This document shows positions 1 to 13,237 of a stretch of 64,000 bases of DNA, piece after piece (the stretch's first letter is position 1; each line of letters starts with the position of its first letter). The notes under the pieces were generated by a model. It did not search any database. It was given only the letters and a program-made list of their open reading frames with translations, and was not told the origin of the DNA. Location: assembly GCA_010093995.1 (NCBI GenBank), contig ML992512.1:467736-531735 (forward strand), in the 5' to 3' direction. This DNA comes from Elsinoe ampelina. Taxonomy: Eukaryota. The translations under genes and the position numbers were made by a program.

Positions 1-562
1 CCGCAAAGGCCGCGGCTATAACCCCGCCACCACTTCAGGCGGACTCATCAACGCCGTACCGTCGCCTGAAGACCCGCTCGGCCTGCCCCCATCAACCGAC
101 TGGCGCGGCCGCAACTCTCAAAGGGAAATGCATTCTACCAGCCAGACCTTCAGCCTTGAGCGCGGGACCAGCGCCACTCGCAACCGCGCCCGCAGCACAA
201 GTCGATCCCGCGCCCCTCAGGCGGCGAGGTTCCAGAACTCGAGTGCGTACGCTGCTTTGACAGGGGCACCGGAGCCGACACAGCCCGTCGCGAGAGAGAG
301 GGAGAGGGAGAGGCAGCTCTCTGGCGGCGGCGGCGGGGGAGGTGTTGAGGCGTTTGTGCCCGGCGGATTGTTGGAGCAGGCTGCTGGAGGATGGGGAGCA
401 GGGGACAAAGGCCGCGGAGTGACAGGTACGTCTGGCAGAGGAGGTGCGGGGAAGCCGTTGGTGGACCTGAGTGAGGCGGGGATGTATGGGAAGGGGAGTC
501 TGTTGGAACGACAGGCGAGGGCGGAGGGGGTGAGAGGGCCGGTGATTGATAGAGATGGTTGA
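1..562 (+). CDS. 3' end of a gene entering from the left; low-complexity C-terminus resembling conserved fungal PH-domain proteins
   Basis: Frame 2 is open from base 2 to TGA at 562 (RKGRGYNPATTSGGLINAVPSPEDPLGLPPSTDWRGR...GKPLVDLSEAGMYGKGSLL). The KGRG...SPEDP.GLPPSTDWR and KP.VDLSE...GSLL blocks recall C-termini of Pezizomycotina PH-domain proteins (from memory). Confidence 0.55.
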   Translation, partial: RKGRGYNPATTSGGLINAVPSPEDPLGLPPSTDWRGRNSQREMHSTSQTFSLERGTSATRNRARSTSRSRAPQAARFQNSSAYAALTGAPEPTQPVARERERERQLSGGGGGGGVEAFVPGGLLEQAAGGWGAGDKGRGVTGTSGRGGAGKPLVDLSEAGMYGKGSLLERQARAEGVRGPVIDRDG

Positions 563-3379
563 GGATAGACAGTAGAGAGAAGTGAAGGAGTGATGGATGG
601 GATGTGGTTATCATGAAGGAACGGCCATGAGGGATTGAGACATGCATTTCCGAGATGAAAGATACCTCGGCGTAATGTAGCCAGCTTCTATAATAGGACA
701 TTCCGGTCTGAACAGGCCAATGCAAGACATGAACTTTTGATCTCGGTACCAGATGTCCCATGTTGACCTGCAAGACATGCTTTTCTCCACGCTGGGGGCC
801 GCGGACGGCAGGGCTGAGCTGCAGTGTACCAGACGGGTAAATGCAAATGCACCGCAGATGCAGCCGCGGACGCAGATGCACTACTCCTCCGACCACAACC
901 CCTCCCTAGTGCACCATGCAGTGCAATGCACTTCTCGAGATTATTACCCCTCTATAGCTCCTCAACCACCACTGTCACGGAGACACGTGCCCCTCCTCCC
1001 CTCCTCCGTCTCGCCGCCTTGGCCGCTGGAGCCGCACACAACTAAAGTTAGCCAAAACTCAGCGCAAATGTCCCCCCGGGTAGAGGCGTCTGGACCGACG
1101 GGTGCAAGTCAGGAAAGACGCGCTAGGTATGTGGTTGAGGACAAAGGGGCGTCCAGTGGGAGCATGAGAGGGAGGCAGAGGGGGGAGTTTGAGCACGGCC
1201 GTCGTCTGCAAATAGCTGGCAGGGTACGGATCCTGTACTGGAGGTGTCGATGCAGGGCTTGGATGACGCTGGACGAGTGCATCGGGGGGAATGAGTGATG
1301 TCGTGGATGGTGCGGGCCATGGCATCATGTTTGGTCCTGTACTACTGTACAAACCGGGCAGCGTCTCGGGCTGCAGTCACTTCGCTTCGCACGTCAGGAG
1401 GGAGTGAACGGGTATCCCAACCGGATCAATCTCGGAGCCGATACAGCGACAGAGAAGAGAGTGAAGCCGAAAATCTCGCATACCGCTCATGCAAATTCCC
1501 CTTCGCCTGGTTTGACGCGGGGTCTGTGCTGGGGTTTGACGTCTTGGTTCTGGTCATGCAGGCCTGGGCCTGGCGCTAGTGGGAGATCATTGGGCTGGAG
1601 GAGATCGTGTTTCATGGGCTAGGGCGAGGCTGCATGGTATGCATGTGCTTGGGTGAGGATGATGGTTTAATCGAGCGGTCGGGGGGAAGCAGGGAATGGA
1701 TTCAGGATGATGGAGATGTGGTTGATGTCGCGGGATCTGCGTGGAGGATGATGGCGATCATGAGTGACAGCTGCTTGTGTGTGATCTTTGTCCTTGTTCT
1801 TATTCTCGCGGTTCGCCGATGTTAGAGATTACAATGAGGCTATTACTGAACACGTGGAGAGAGAGGGCAAGTGGTTTGTTCCAGGAGGTTCTGGTCCTTG
1901 TGGTTCTGGTTCTCCTTGACATGCAACTCGACAGATCATCGTCGCCCACATGTGAGATCGGCGATTTGAGCCGCTGTGGAGTTCTTGACGAGACCAGAAA
2001 AATCAAGGTTGAGAAAGTGCCAAAGTGAACGCCAGCTCGGGCCAGTTGCTGGTTGCGATTCGTCTGGATATGACGTGGATTAAGGGTCTTGAACCATGTC
2101 TTTGGGATGTGCCTTGATTGTGAGACATTTTTCGGGTGTTGAGGAGGAATTGGACGGGAGTAGGGGTGATAGGAGGATGCGTTATGGGAGGTGAGAAAAG
2201 GTACTTGGGCCTACGCACATGGCTGAAGGCTGGATGAACAGGACCTTGGAAATATGGTAGTACAATGCTGATGAGCAGGGAAGTAGTCCGTAATAGATTG
2301 CAGATTGCTGCCGCGACGTCAGCGTCAGATGCTTCAAGGTTGTGAATGATTGCGCATATGCATGTGGATCTGTCTAGCATCCGAAAGCACGACTCGGTGG
2401 TCATGCATGCAAATGGAACGGTCTGCTCTATCAAGATCAGGCAATTGGAGTTTCTCTTCACGTGCACGAAAGCGTCAACCGCGCGGAATGGAAACAAAAG
2501 TGGATGCTCTGCTTCAGAAACTCTGCCGCGATTAAAGTGCGGCGCTGTCTTCCGATTGGTACAAATGGAAGCAAAGGAAATCCAGAGTCACGGTCGACAT
2601 GCGAAAGGATCAAAGACAAGTGGTGAGACGCTATGTGCTGACAGAGCTGTAGCCCGGGTTGAAAGGCGAGAGCTCAGTATCTTCCATCATCCGCGGGCCG
2701 AGTCAGCAGACTTGGCTGTGAGCCTGTAGTTATTTTATTGAACGTGAGTTGCAATTGCACCTGCAGGTCTTGTATACGAAAGGTACAGTAGCATCTGAGC
2801 GAAACTCGGACCCAGCGAACAAAGGGACCCTTGCCACGCTTTGCTCTCACTCGCACTGATCACATTCTTGAACTCGCGCCCAATTCACATACGAGATAGC
2901 TGCCGTCATAAACCAAAAACCATGCCCCTCGCCCTGCCAATTCTTTTGGTCTCTCACGCACAGTAGTGACATTCCCAAAACCTGCTTACAATCTACTTCA
3001 CCAGGCCTGACGGACTAGATCCGGTCCAGGGCTGAAAGAGAGCAGCACCGACCCCTCATTTGGCTCTCATTTAGATTGCGTCTTGCCTGTCCGAGACCTC
3101 AATCAAGCTTTCCCACTCGCAATCAGGCCAGGGCTTCTGATACCGATCCAGCCTTGGTTTGAGCCTGCTTCACTTGCAGAGTCCACTCTTTTTTTGACCG
3201 ACCACCCACCCACTTCTTCTCATCCATCCCTGCAGCGACCCGGACGACACTGGCTGCGACAGTCTGACGCCTGCGCTGGCGTTGGACCCCTCCTGCAGCT
3301 CCTCGACGCTACTGCTATTTTTCCGCCTCGCATCGATATACCCAATCTCACGCCCCGAAACGTCGCACAACATCCCACC

Positions 3380-4513
3380 ATGTCTGCCACCGTCGACTAT
3401 CCCGCCGCTCCGTTCGGTGCTGTGCCTCACCGGAAACCTCTGCCATCCACAGCCACGGCATATCCGAGCGTGACCGGCAATGACCAGATCTACACGCGGC
3501 AGCCATCACACAATCACACTCGCAGTGCATCATCCTCCGCCATGCCCTACAACGGCCCGCCGCCATCGTATACCAACTACCAGTCTCAAATGCACATGCA
3601 ACCAATGACACGACGCACACTCTCCAATGCCACTTCCAGTACTGCCTCCTCCGGTCCAAACACTTCCGCCATGAACCGCGCTCCGACAAATACTTCTTAC
3701 GGCAGTTCAATTCGTCGCTCCACCTCATCGCGCAGCCAGCAGCAGAATGCTACATCATATGTGGCCCTGCTCCGACGACAAAAGGCAACTGTCTGGTGTG
3801 ACCGTGCTCAACATGAGGATCCACGCGTCCTCGCTCAACAACGACAGGCAAAAGTACGCGCAAATATGGAAGTAGTCGGTGGTGTGAATCCTGCATCTCG
3901 CACATCTACATCTTCTGGTGGGGGTGTCAGGAGCAAAATTCGACATCACGGTGCAGTCAAGGCCTCCGCCTTCCAGGGGCAGAACATGTCGGGCGCTGGC
4001 GTCCCCATGCGATTGTCCGCGAGCGAGGTCGATGACAACGAAAGCGATGATGACAGACTAAAGGGCACAAGATACGCGAGGACAGGCAGTGGTCGCAGCT
4101 CACTCAGTTCCGGTCATAGGGTCAGCATGTCCGCTGCAGCCCCTCCTATGGCTCACCGGGTGAGCAGCGGTGATGCCCCATCCAGCAGACACAGCTATTC
4201 TCCTGTCGACCCAGCGAGTCTACGCCACGCCAGCGTGTCACAGGAGACCCCAGTACCGAGTGACTACGACAGCAGTCAGGACTACTTTGCGAGAAACACT
4301 CAAGGAGGGACTGGTATCAGTGGTGGATCAGGCAGCAGTGAAGAGCGTGGGTTCGGTGAGATGAGCAATCTGCCACAACGTAGGGAAGACGACGAGCAGC
4401 AGCAGAGGAAGAAGACGAGCGAGGAATTGAGGAGGAGAGGAAGTGTCGATGACAGGACCATGACCATGAGTGGAGTCAGGCTTTTTGTCGCCAACCCAGA
4501 TCTGAGCGATTGA
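3380..4513 (+). CDS. Conserved fungal hypothetical protein, Ser-rich and disordered
   Basis: Single ORF with a good ATG context at 3380 (CACCATG). Conserved-looking blocks YVALLRRQKATVWCDRAQHEDPR, GVPMRLSASEV and terminal RRRGSVDDRTMTMSGVRLFVANPD. Confidence 0.8.
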   Translation: MSATVDYPAAPFGAVPHRKPLPSTATAYPSVTGNDQIYTRQPSHNHTRSASSSAMPYNGPPPSYTNYQSQMHMQPMTRRTLSNATSSTASSGPNTSAMNRAPTNTSYGSSIRRSTSSRSQQQNATSYVALLRRQKATVWCDRAQHEDPRVLAQQRQAKVRANMEVVGGVNPASRTSTSSGGGVRSKIRHHGAVKASAFQGQNMSGAGVPMRLSASEVDDNESDDDRLKGTRYARTGSGRSSLSSGHRVSMSAAAPPMAHRVSSGDAPSSRHSYSPVDPASLRHASVSQETPVPSDYDSSQDYFARNTQGGTGISGGSGSSEERGFGEMSNLPQRREDDEQQQRKKTSEELRRRGSVDDRTMTMSGVRLFVANPDLSD

Positions 4514-5417
4514 GGTTGAAGAGCGAGGTAGAAGTGACAAGCGTTACAAACAGGGACAAGCAAAGCATTTACCGGGAGTACACAGGTTGGATCGGGACAC
4601 AATCGCTTGGGTATACCACTTTGCACAATGGGTCTGCCTTATGGCGGCAAAGAAGCATGGCATGAAATGAGATAGATTTATGGGATATGGAATGCAATGA
4701 CTGATTTTACCGACATTGAATGCCCTAACATGTCGGGGGACTGATATGCTTTACATGATCTTAGTCTGGTACACATCGAGATCGTTATTCAACCCTTGAC
4801 ATACCCTTGACAGAGGGTTGCTAATATTCTCGTAGAAGCATGCATTGACGCTGCAAAAGAAAAGATGACGCCTGGAATTGCCACTCCGTGATCTCAGGGC
4901 ACCTTTGACCACAACCGCCTGCACAGCAACACTACTAGATACATCCAATTATACACAGAATTTGATCCGACATGGTCCCAAGCCCTGCATCTCAGGTTAC
5001 ACAGTCGTCAGCGGCCCTTGCATAAATCTCGTCTGTAAGCGGCAATCTCCCAACTTCCCTCATCCGCGAGACCTCCAGGCCAGCGGTAACCGCAGAACCT
5101 TCGCGCCACACACTACCGACATCGACGTTCACTAAACGTTTATCGAACTTAGACGCCTCTTGTCGTCGTACAAGTATAAGTACATGATCCCTTGTACCGT
5201 TCCTCCAGGATTAGGACTAGGATCACGGGCATTCTCAATCACACCACCGGGACAAGCTCCCACTCACTAGTCTGTGCGGCTCACAGATCTGGTCTCTTCC
5301 TTCAAGGTCTGGCCGCCGGCCGATATTGAGACAACAGCAGCACGTGGCTGGCTCGCGTCTGAACTCTCCAAGCATATCAACAGCATCGATATCATTCTAG
5401 CTTACGACCTCGCAATC

Positions 5418-6704
5418 ATGTCGGTCACTCTTCCTCTCCCACTCTCTATCCTCCTGCCCCTTGTTGCGGCCGCCTATCTCCTGCTGCAACGGACCCTTCG
5501 CTTTCGCCGCCTCCATGCTCTCCAGTCACAGTACCCCCCCTCATCCTTCCCCAACATGACACTCACCGAAGCGTACAACATCCACTATTCGCTTACCGCG
5601 CTCGAATTCCCCACAACGTTCTCTCAATCTGTCTTTTTCGCCCTCTTCAAGACATATGGCATTCCTACCATATCCTCTCTACTTCTTCACACATCCGAAC
5701 TTTCTGGCCCTACAGCCTCGAAGAGAGCTGCAGACACGGGCGTACTTCTCACCGAAATCTTCCTCAATCCACCAGGAAGCGACCGCGCCAAGAGAGCCAT
5801 GGGAAGGATGAACTACCTCCACTCCAGATGGCAGAAAGCAGGCAAAATCTCAAACGAAGACATGCTCTACACCCTCTCCCTCTTCGCTCTCGAACCAGCT
5901 CGATGGGTCTCGCGATACGAATGGCGCCCCCTCTCCGACGTCGAACAAAACGCCCGAGGCATCTACTGGCGCTGGGTGGGCGAAGGCATGGGTATCGACA
6001 TGTCGCCACTCCTGCACCACTCCACCCCAAACAAGCTGCCAGACGCCACGCCCCTACCACAAAACAAACCACCATCATGGCCCCACGGTCTCGCCTGGAT
6101 GCGCTCCCTCGAAACCTGGTCCCTCTCCTACGAAGAATCCCACATGCTCCCCGCCCCGAGCAACCGCTCCGTCGCAACCGGCACCGTCGGCATCCTCCTC
6201 ACCAACGTGCCCCCCTCCCTCCACTCCGCCGCAGACCAAGCCATCCGCGTCCTCATGGAGCCCCGTCTCCGGCGGAGCATGATGTATCCCGACCCTTCCC
6301 CCCTCGCTTCCCGCTTGGTCCTCGGCATCCTAGCCCTGCGCAAATGGATACTTCTCCACCTCGCGCTTCCCCGACCCTGGGTGCTGAGGTGGAAATGGTT
6401 CGATCCCCAAGAGGACGCCGAGGGACGGATTCACGCGAGGCAGTTCACGGCGCATCCGTGGTACGTGCGGCCGTCGACGGGGTGGCGGTGGGGGGTTAAG
6501 GGGTTGTTGTTGCGGTTGGCGGGAGGGGTGGTGCCGGGTGATGAGGGGGGGAGGTATTTGCCGCAGGGGTATCGGATTGAGGATGTGGGGCCGGAGAGGC
6601 AGGTGGGGAGGGGGAAGGAGGAGATGAGTAGAGAGGTGGAGAGGTTGGGGAGGGATGAGAAGGTGGATGGGGAGGGGAGGGGGTGTCCTTTTGGGATGTG
6701 GTAG
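5418..6704 (+). CDS. ER-bound oxygenase, MpaB/rubber-oxygenase-like family
   Basis: N-terminal TM helix (LSILLPLVAAAYLLLQ); family-type motifs FALFKTYGIPTISSLL, KRAADTGVLL, RMNYLH, ISNEDMLYTLSLFALEP, HPWYV and terminal GCPF. Confidence 0.85.
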   Translation: MSVTLPLPLSILLPLVAAAYLLLQRTLRFRRLHALQSQYPPSSFPNMTLTEAYNIHYSLTALEFPTTFSQSVFFALFKTYGIPTISSLLLHTSELSGPTASKRAADTGVLLTEIFLNPPGSDRAKRAMGRMNYLHSRWQKAGKISNEDMLYTLSLFALEPARWVSRYEWRPLSDVEQNARGIYWRWVGEGMGIDMSPLLHHSTPNKLPDATPLPQNKPPSWPHGLAWMRSLETWSLSYEESHMLPAPSNRSVATGTVGILLTNVPPSLHSAADQAIRVLMEPRLRRSMMYPDPSPLASRLVLGILALRKWILLHLALPRPWVLRWKWFDPQEDAEGRIHARQFTAHPWYVRPSTGWRWGVKGLLLRLAGGVVPGDEGGRYLPQGYRIEDVGPERQVGRGKEEMSREVERLGRDEKVDGEGRGCPFGMW

Positions 6705-7432
6705 GGGGGGGAGGGGTACTTGGATACGCATTGGGAGATGCAAATCGATTCGGATTACACGCATACCGTGGTAGAAGAGGTTTATTCTCGATGTCACTAC
6801 ATGACTGCCCGACTCAATTCGATGTCTGCTACGAGGAGAGCCCCATACCGATCTTGTCTCAAGCTTCACCACAGTGGAGCAGACGACAGAAATTGTCATT
6901 GGCGCCGTACACAGGTTACTTTGTCTTCGTATGCCCGCCATCGCTCTCTCATCATCAGTCCTAGTAGCGGCTATTTTGACTTCCCATCCACCACGAAGCC
7001 AATAGCTTATATGTCAGCCCTCCCGTTCCTTCCGTTTCGTCGGACCTCAGGGTTCAGGGACTGATCGTGCCATCTGATATATCATGTAGGTCATGCATGT
7101 AGATAGTCCCAAGGTCATCGAGATAGCTGCACCGGAACCGTGAGGAAGCATCCATTATTCGGTATCGCGGTTCACCGGAAGTTGCTGAGATCTGTCCGGC
7201 GTCGGTCATTTGGCGTACGAGCCTATGCAGACCAAGCGAGTCGATCTTCTCTTTGGCGACGTCGACGAGCGGTAGTAGCCCAGCGGATGGGTCGCACATG
7301 CCTTCTCTCCAGCTGGTAGCCTAGGAGAGTGCTGATCTAGGCGGCGGAGCTAGCTGCATTCTACTGTCCAGATACAGCTTCTTGACCCCACGCTGGAGCG
7401 CACATGCCATATCGCCGTTCCCCTACTGTGAA

Positions 7433-8374
7433 TCAAGCAAGTTCACTCAACCTCGGGATAGCATCCATAGCACCACTCCTCTCAACCGTCTTCGCCGCAG
7501 CTCTATTCGCAAACCGTATAACCTCCCACGGCTCCTCCAGCCCCTTCCCACCAGCAGCCGCAATCTTCGTCGCCAACCCACCAACAAACGTATCCCCAGC
7601 AGCAGTCGTATCCACCACCCTGACCTTCTCAGCCGGCACACTCATCACCCGTCCAGCATTCGGCCCCGTCCTCGAGACCCACTCCACACCCTTCGATCCA
7701 AGCGTCCGGATGGCGATATCCCGCACACCACGCGCGAAGAAGAACTCATCCCACGACTGATCCTGCCCTTGGCACATGATCTCCGCCTCCGTCTCATTGA
7801 CCACGATACAGTCTACACTAGCGTAAACCTCCTCTGGCAGCGTGATCGCCGGCGCCGGGTTGAAGATGACATACTTTCCCTTCTCGCGGGCGATGTGGCA
7901 ATTATGCACCACCTGCGCCACGGGGATTTCCAGCTGGAAAACCATCACGTCTGCCTCATCGGGCACCAGATCCCGAAGTGTGTCCTGGTTGGCGTGGTTC
8001 GCGTTCGTGGCGACCAGGATCCTGTTCTCGCCCGTCTCGGTCTCGACGATGATGTTGGCGATGCCGGTCTTTTGTCCTTGGATCACGTCGATGTGGGAGG
8101 TGTCGATGCCTTCTTGCTGTAGGGCGGCGAGGTAGTCGGTGCCGAAGGAGTCGGAGCCGACGTTGCCTACCATCATGGTTTTGACGGTGGAGGAGGTGGC
8201 GTCGCTGGTGCCGGAGAGGCGGGCGCAGGCGACTGCTTGGTTGGCGCCTTTGCCTCCGAAGCCGGTGTTGAAGGAGGTTGCGGTCAAGGTCTCGCCGGCT
8301 GAAGGGACCCGGGGGGTGTTGGTGATGAAGTCGATGTTGAGGGAGCCGACTACGGCGACGATACCGGATGGCAT
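7433..8374 (-). CDS. RBK1: Ribokinase (PfkB family)
   Basis: VVGSLNID, GGKGANQAVACARL, NETE and DTTAAGDTFVG PfkB signatures; intronless, 313 aa. Confidence 0.93.
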   Translation of the reverse strand: MPSGIVAVVGSLNIDFITNTPRVPSAGETLTATSFNTGFGGKGANQAVACARLSGTSDATSSTVKTMMVGNVGSDSFGTDYLAALQQEGIDTSHIDVIQGQKTGIANIIVETETGENRILVATNANHANQDTLRDLVPDEADVMVFQLEIPVAQVVHNCHIAREKGKYVIFNPAPAITLPEEVYASVDCIVVNETEAEIMCQGQDQSWDEFFFARGVRDIAIRTLGSKGVEWVSRTGPNAGRVMSVPAEKVRVVDTTAAGDTFVGGLATKIAAAGGKGLEEPWEVIRFANRAAAKTVERSGAMDAIPRLSELA

Positions 8375-8635
8375 GTTGAATGGTGTTCTCCTGGTTTGCT
8401 ACTTTTTGGGAGTGGGTTTGAGAAGGAGGAGACATGCATGAAATTCTGTGCTTGAAATGTGGACTCTATCGGACTAGGCCGAAGAACTGGCTCGGCCCAG
8501 CGACTTACCTGTGATCTATGGTCAGTGCTACATCCTGCCACTGTGAACATGGCATGCACGAACAGTCTTACAACTGATGATGGTTTCGACGTGAGAGAAA
8601 CAGAGGACAGTCTCTCCTGAATGACAACATCGGCC

Positions 8636-8664
8636 CCCCACCTCCCCCGGGGCTCAACCCCCAC
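8636..8664. promoter_or_regulatory. Cluster of four CreA/Mig1 consensus sites (SYGGRG) in the divergent RBK1/SDR promoter
   Basis: CCCCAC 8636-8641, CCCCGG 8645-8650, CCGGGG 8647-8652, CCCCAC 8659-8664, lying between two sugar-metabolism genes. Confidence 0.45.
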
Positions 8665-8863
8665 CGGACCCTGTCCATCAGCAATGGTCCCCCGAATATC
8701 AAAGTCCCAGAATGACAAACATAGAAGCGGTCAGATCTTTTCATTATTGTATGAATTTGCTTATAGTACTTGTCTTGTCTACACATTGTCAGAACACTAT
8801 TGCAAGCAAGGCGTACACTAGACATTACCTGTGCTTAAGAACACTGATATAGCATTACCAATC

Positions 8864-9977
<1,114 letters not shown>

Positions 9978-10197
9978 AGGTGATGGAGGACGTCAGAGAC
10001 ATGCATATGGTGCGGCCGGTGCATAGAATGTACATCAGAATGGACAGATGAATATATCCACCGTCCGACGACCTGTGAAGAAAGCTGAGATTGGTCCCGA
10101 AAGCTCTTTACATGCTGTGCAAGGTATCGACAAACAAGTCCACATAATACAAGTGTTCCCTTTTCTTCCAGGGCCAACCTACTCTACAAATATGCCA

Positions 10198-11956
10198 CTA
10201 CCGCTGCTTCTTCATCTCTTGACTCTTTTGATACCGCTTCTCATACTCTTCCGCCCGCTTGAGGTAGTCCTTGTTCCTCGCGCTGCCATTGTGCGGACCC
10301 GTCTGCCCTCTGAACCTCCTATACTTCTTTATCGCATTGTTATATGCGTCCCCAAAGTCGTTCAATTTTCCCGTCACACTGTTGTAGAACCTATCCACCA
10401 GACCCTTCTCAGGCTGAGGAGCAGGCTGGACTTCTTCTTCGCTGGGACCCGAACGTCGTCCTGCTATGGATGCAGCAGCAGAAGCGCTGGCCGTGGAGGC
10501 ACCATATGCACTATTTTTGTACATTTTCCTTCCTCCGTTGTTGCTGGCGCCGTTAGCCGCGGTCGTTGTAGCGCTCGACGTCGACTTTACTCTTGGTGCC
10601 TGATACTCGACTCCTCCAATGGATGATTTGTTGATGTTTTCAACATCGATCGTCTTCTTGGGCGCATCCGCGTCGTCCTGGTTGAAAATTGACATCATGC
10701 CGCCGCCTCCTTTGTTGTGTCCTGGAGGTGGTGGTTGCATGAGACCGAATCTGTCCCGGAAGGCTGGATTCTGGAGGAGCTTTCCAACCGTGATGGAGAC
10801 GACACCTGCGCTTGCGAACCACAGGTTGAGAGCGGCTGAGAACCACGCCATACTGAAGAAGACAATACCGGGAAGACCGTATAGCATGAATTTGCGCATG
10901 CCGGGACTATTTTGTAGCTGCATCGACGGATCTGCACCGAAGCGGAACACACCATGGATAGTGCCCGCCATCATCAAAGGTAGCAGGTAGTACGGATCGG
11001 CGACCGTGAGATCTGTGAACCAGAGTGCACCACCATTCAAGAACCCAGGTACCGGGAGTGCAATCATTGCTCGTAGAAGCTTCAGTGACGCTATGGCGAA
11101 GACCATGTTGACGCCGAAATTGAGAATCATTGGTTGAAAGGAAACACCGGCTCGCAATCGCAAGTTCTGCATCTCAGTCTTAGCAAGCGATGTGGCGTTG
11201 TTATCTTGGGCACGGTAGGCTGTCATCATCGCCCGATTGAGCCTGTTGAGTTCTGGCTGGATATGCGACATGCGTGCCTGATTGTCGGAAGTCTTCATGA
11301 GAAGAGGAGTGAATGAAAGACGGATGAGCGCGGCAGTAATGGCAATGCTCCCCCACCAAGGAAGACCGGTATAGACGTGTATGTGTTCCAAGAGCCATTC
11401 CACCAGAGCAGTCGGTCCATAGCTGTACTCGAGCCCCAAGGATTTGAGATAACCTATTTCCTCCACGGGGAGAGGTATGGTGGACACATCCGGGGTGTTG
11501 ACCTCTGTGAGGTTGCTGAGTGGGGAGGACTCTACTGCTGCCGGCGTGGCTTGCTCTATTGGTGCAGGCGCATTCGTTTGGGACACTGTACTCTGCGCAG
11601 CTGGAGCTTGTGCGGCCGGAGAAGGAGTAGAGGCGGGCGCGTTCGTTGCTGGAGTTGCGCTTGATGAAGCCGCGGAGTGGATCTCGGAGAAGGGTTTGGT
11701 CTCGTTATTGCTGGGCCACCAAGTTGTCGGATTCCATGATATGCTTCTCTTCTGCTCAAGTATTGATCGCTGGATTATGGTAGGCCGAGTCCGAGATTGT
11801 ATGAATGCGCAGGATGTGCTGGACGAGAACTATTACAGGATCAGCGGAGTTGACGAAGTGACTCAAGATACATACTGCCCGGGCTGGATACACTGAGCGA
11901 TATTGAGTAGCCTTGATGGCCCTCGAGCCTAATTGGGCACCTCGACTGGGCATCAT
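10198..11956 (-). CDS. OXA1: Mitochondrial inner-membrane insertase Oxa1 (YidC/Oxa1 family); exons 11956-11876 and 11829-10198
   Basis: Arg/Ser-rich presequence; IGYLKSLGL, LEHIHVYTGLPWWGSI, GGALWFTDLTVADPYYLLP motifs; one GTATGT...AG intron. Confidence 0.92.
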
Positions 11957-12340
11957 CTTGACTCGTGCCAGTGGAAGTTCAAGAAGAGAGACTGAACACT
12001 GTCACGGTCAAATGCAGGTCGGCGTCGAAACTTTTTTGGCCGACCAAAGCGCGACCTGGGGAAATCTTGGGCAACATCACGCGAAGACCGAGGCACAGCG
12101 AGGTCATGAGGTGTGATAAATTGGAACAACGTTCCTCAATGATATATTTTCTCGCACTGGATGAGTGTATTGCATGAGAGACAGCTGCTTCGTGATCATC
12201 GTCGTGCATTCAGGGCGCTCCCAATCTACCCTGATGTAAAGCCAGAGATATTCCCAACCATGCTGTCCTTCTATACAGACTGTACTGTTTGTGATATTGA
12301 CCCATGACTCCTTTCCATAGGCATTGCCAATCCCTGATCC

Positions 12341-12845
12341 CTATTCTAGCGAACTGTATGCATCGAGCTCTTTGCCGTTCCGTCTTCGTCTTTCGATAGG
12401 ATCGTCCCTCATCTCCACACCAGGACCTACTCTCCGTGTACTCGATCGATGGGACGGGAAAATCTTTTGTAAAGGTCAGTAATCAGTGCCGGATTCCAGA
12501 GCCAGGATTCTCCTGCTCATGCTCATGCAGATGCAGGGTGAGGTGCCTGCTATTCAGCGCCTGTGAGCTCACCTTTGTACCGCCCCATCCGAATCTAAAT
12601 GCCAGCTCGTTGGCGAAAAGCTCTCCAAAACCGAGCATGAGTCCATTGACGAAAGGCAACAACAAGTTGATGGCAGCACCTCTAAGCAGACTCCAGACGG
12701 TCGGCGGTGAGTATAGGATCATTGGGGAGTTCGAAGACTCCGGTGGATCCGACTCTGACATGTCATGATTCGCATCATAGTTCTCGCTGTCCGAAGGTAT
12801 CGTCATTTGCGAAGCGCTCAAGTCATTTGAAGGTGAGCCCGACAT
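12341..12845 (-). CDS. MIM1: Mitochondrial outer-membrane import protein Mim1/Tom13; exons 12845-12573 and 12463-12341
   Basis: LYSPPTVWSLLRGAAINLLLPFVNGLMLGFGELFANELAFRFGW is the Tom13/Mim1 signature; GTGAGC...CTGAC...AG intron, then IFPSHR...SSLE*. Confidence 0.9.
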
Positions 12846-13237
12846 GGTGTGTGATGTGGTGGGGGAGTGCGTCCCTGCAGCTGTCTTGAGTAGATCGTCG
12901 TTCGTATGGTATACTACAGTGCCCGCGTATGGATTGGAAGAGCGTGCATCCTCGGGCTCTGCAGTGTCAGTGAGTAATGTCGTCCTCAGAAATGTAGTAC
13001 AACCATACAAGTGAAGTTACTCATGCAGCGTCCCACACGCTCACGGGAGTTCCCGCTGCTGGCGCGCCATCTCGCCGACGGGACGGAACCTTGAGCTCTG
13101 CAGAAGCTGTCCCGCGAAAGCCATGACGTTGAGCATCTGTTTTGGAGAAATCACCTGTCGCGAATCTCTCAATATTCAACAATCTCACTTCACATTCGAC
13201 CAACCAAGCCTCTTGATACATTGATCGCTTTTCGGTC

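Noticed and set aside
6720..7430. Short ORFs between the MpaB-like gene and RBK1
   Set aside because: No motifs; most likely overlapping 3' UTRs.
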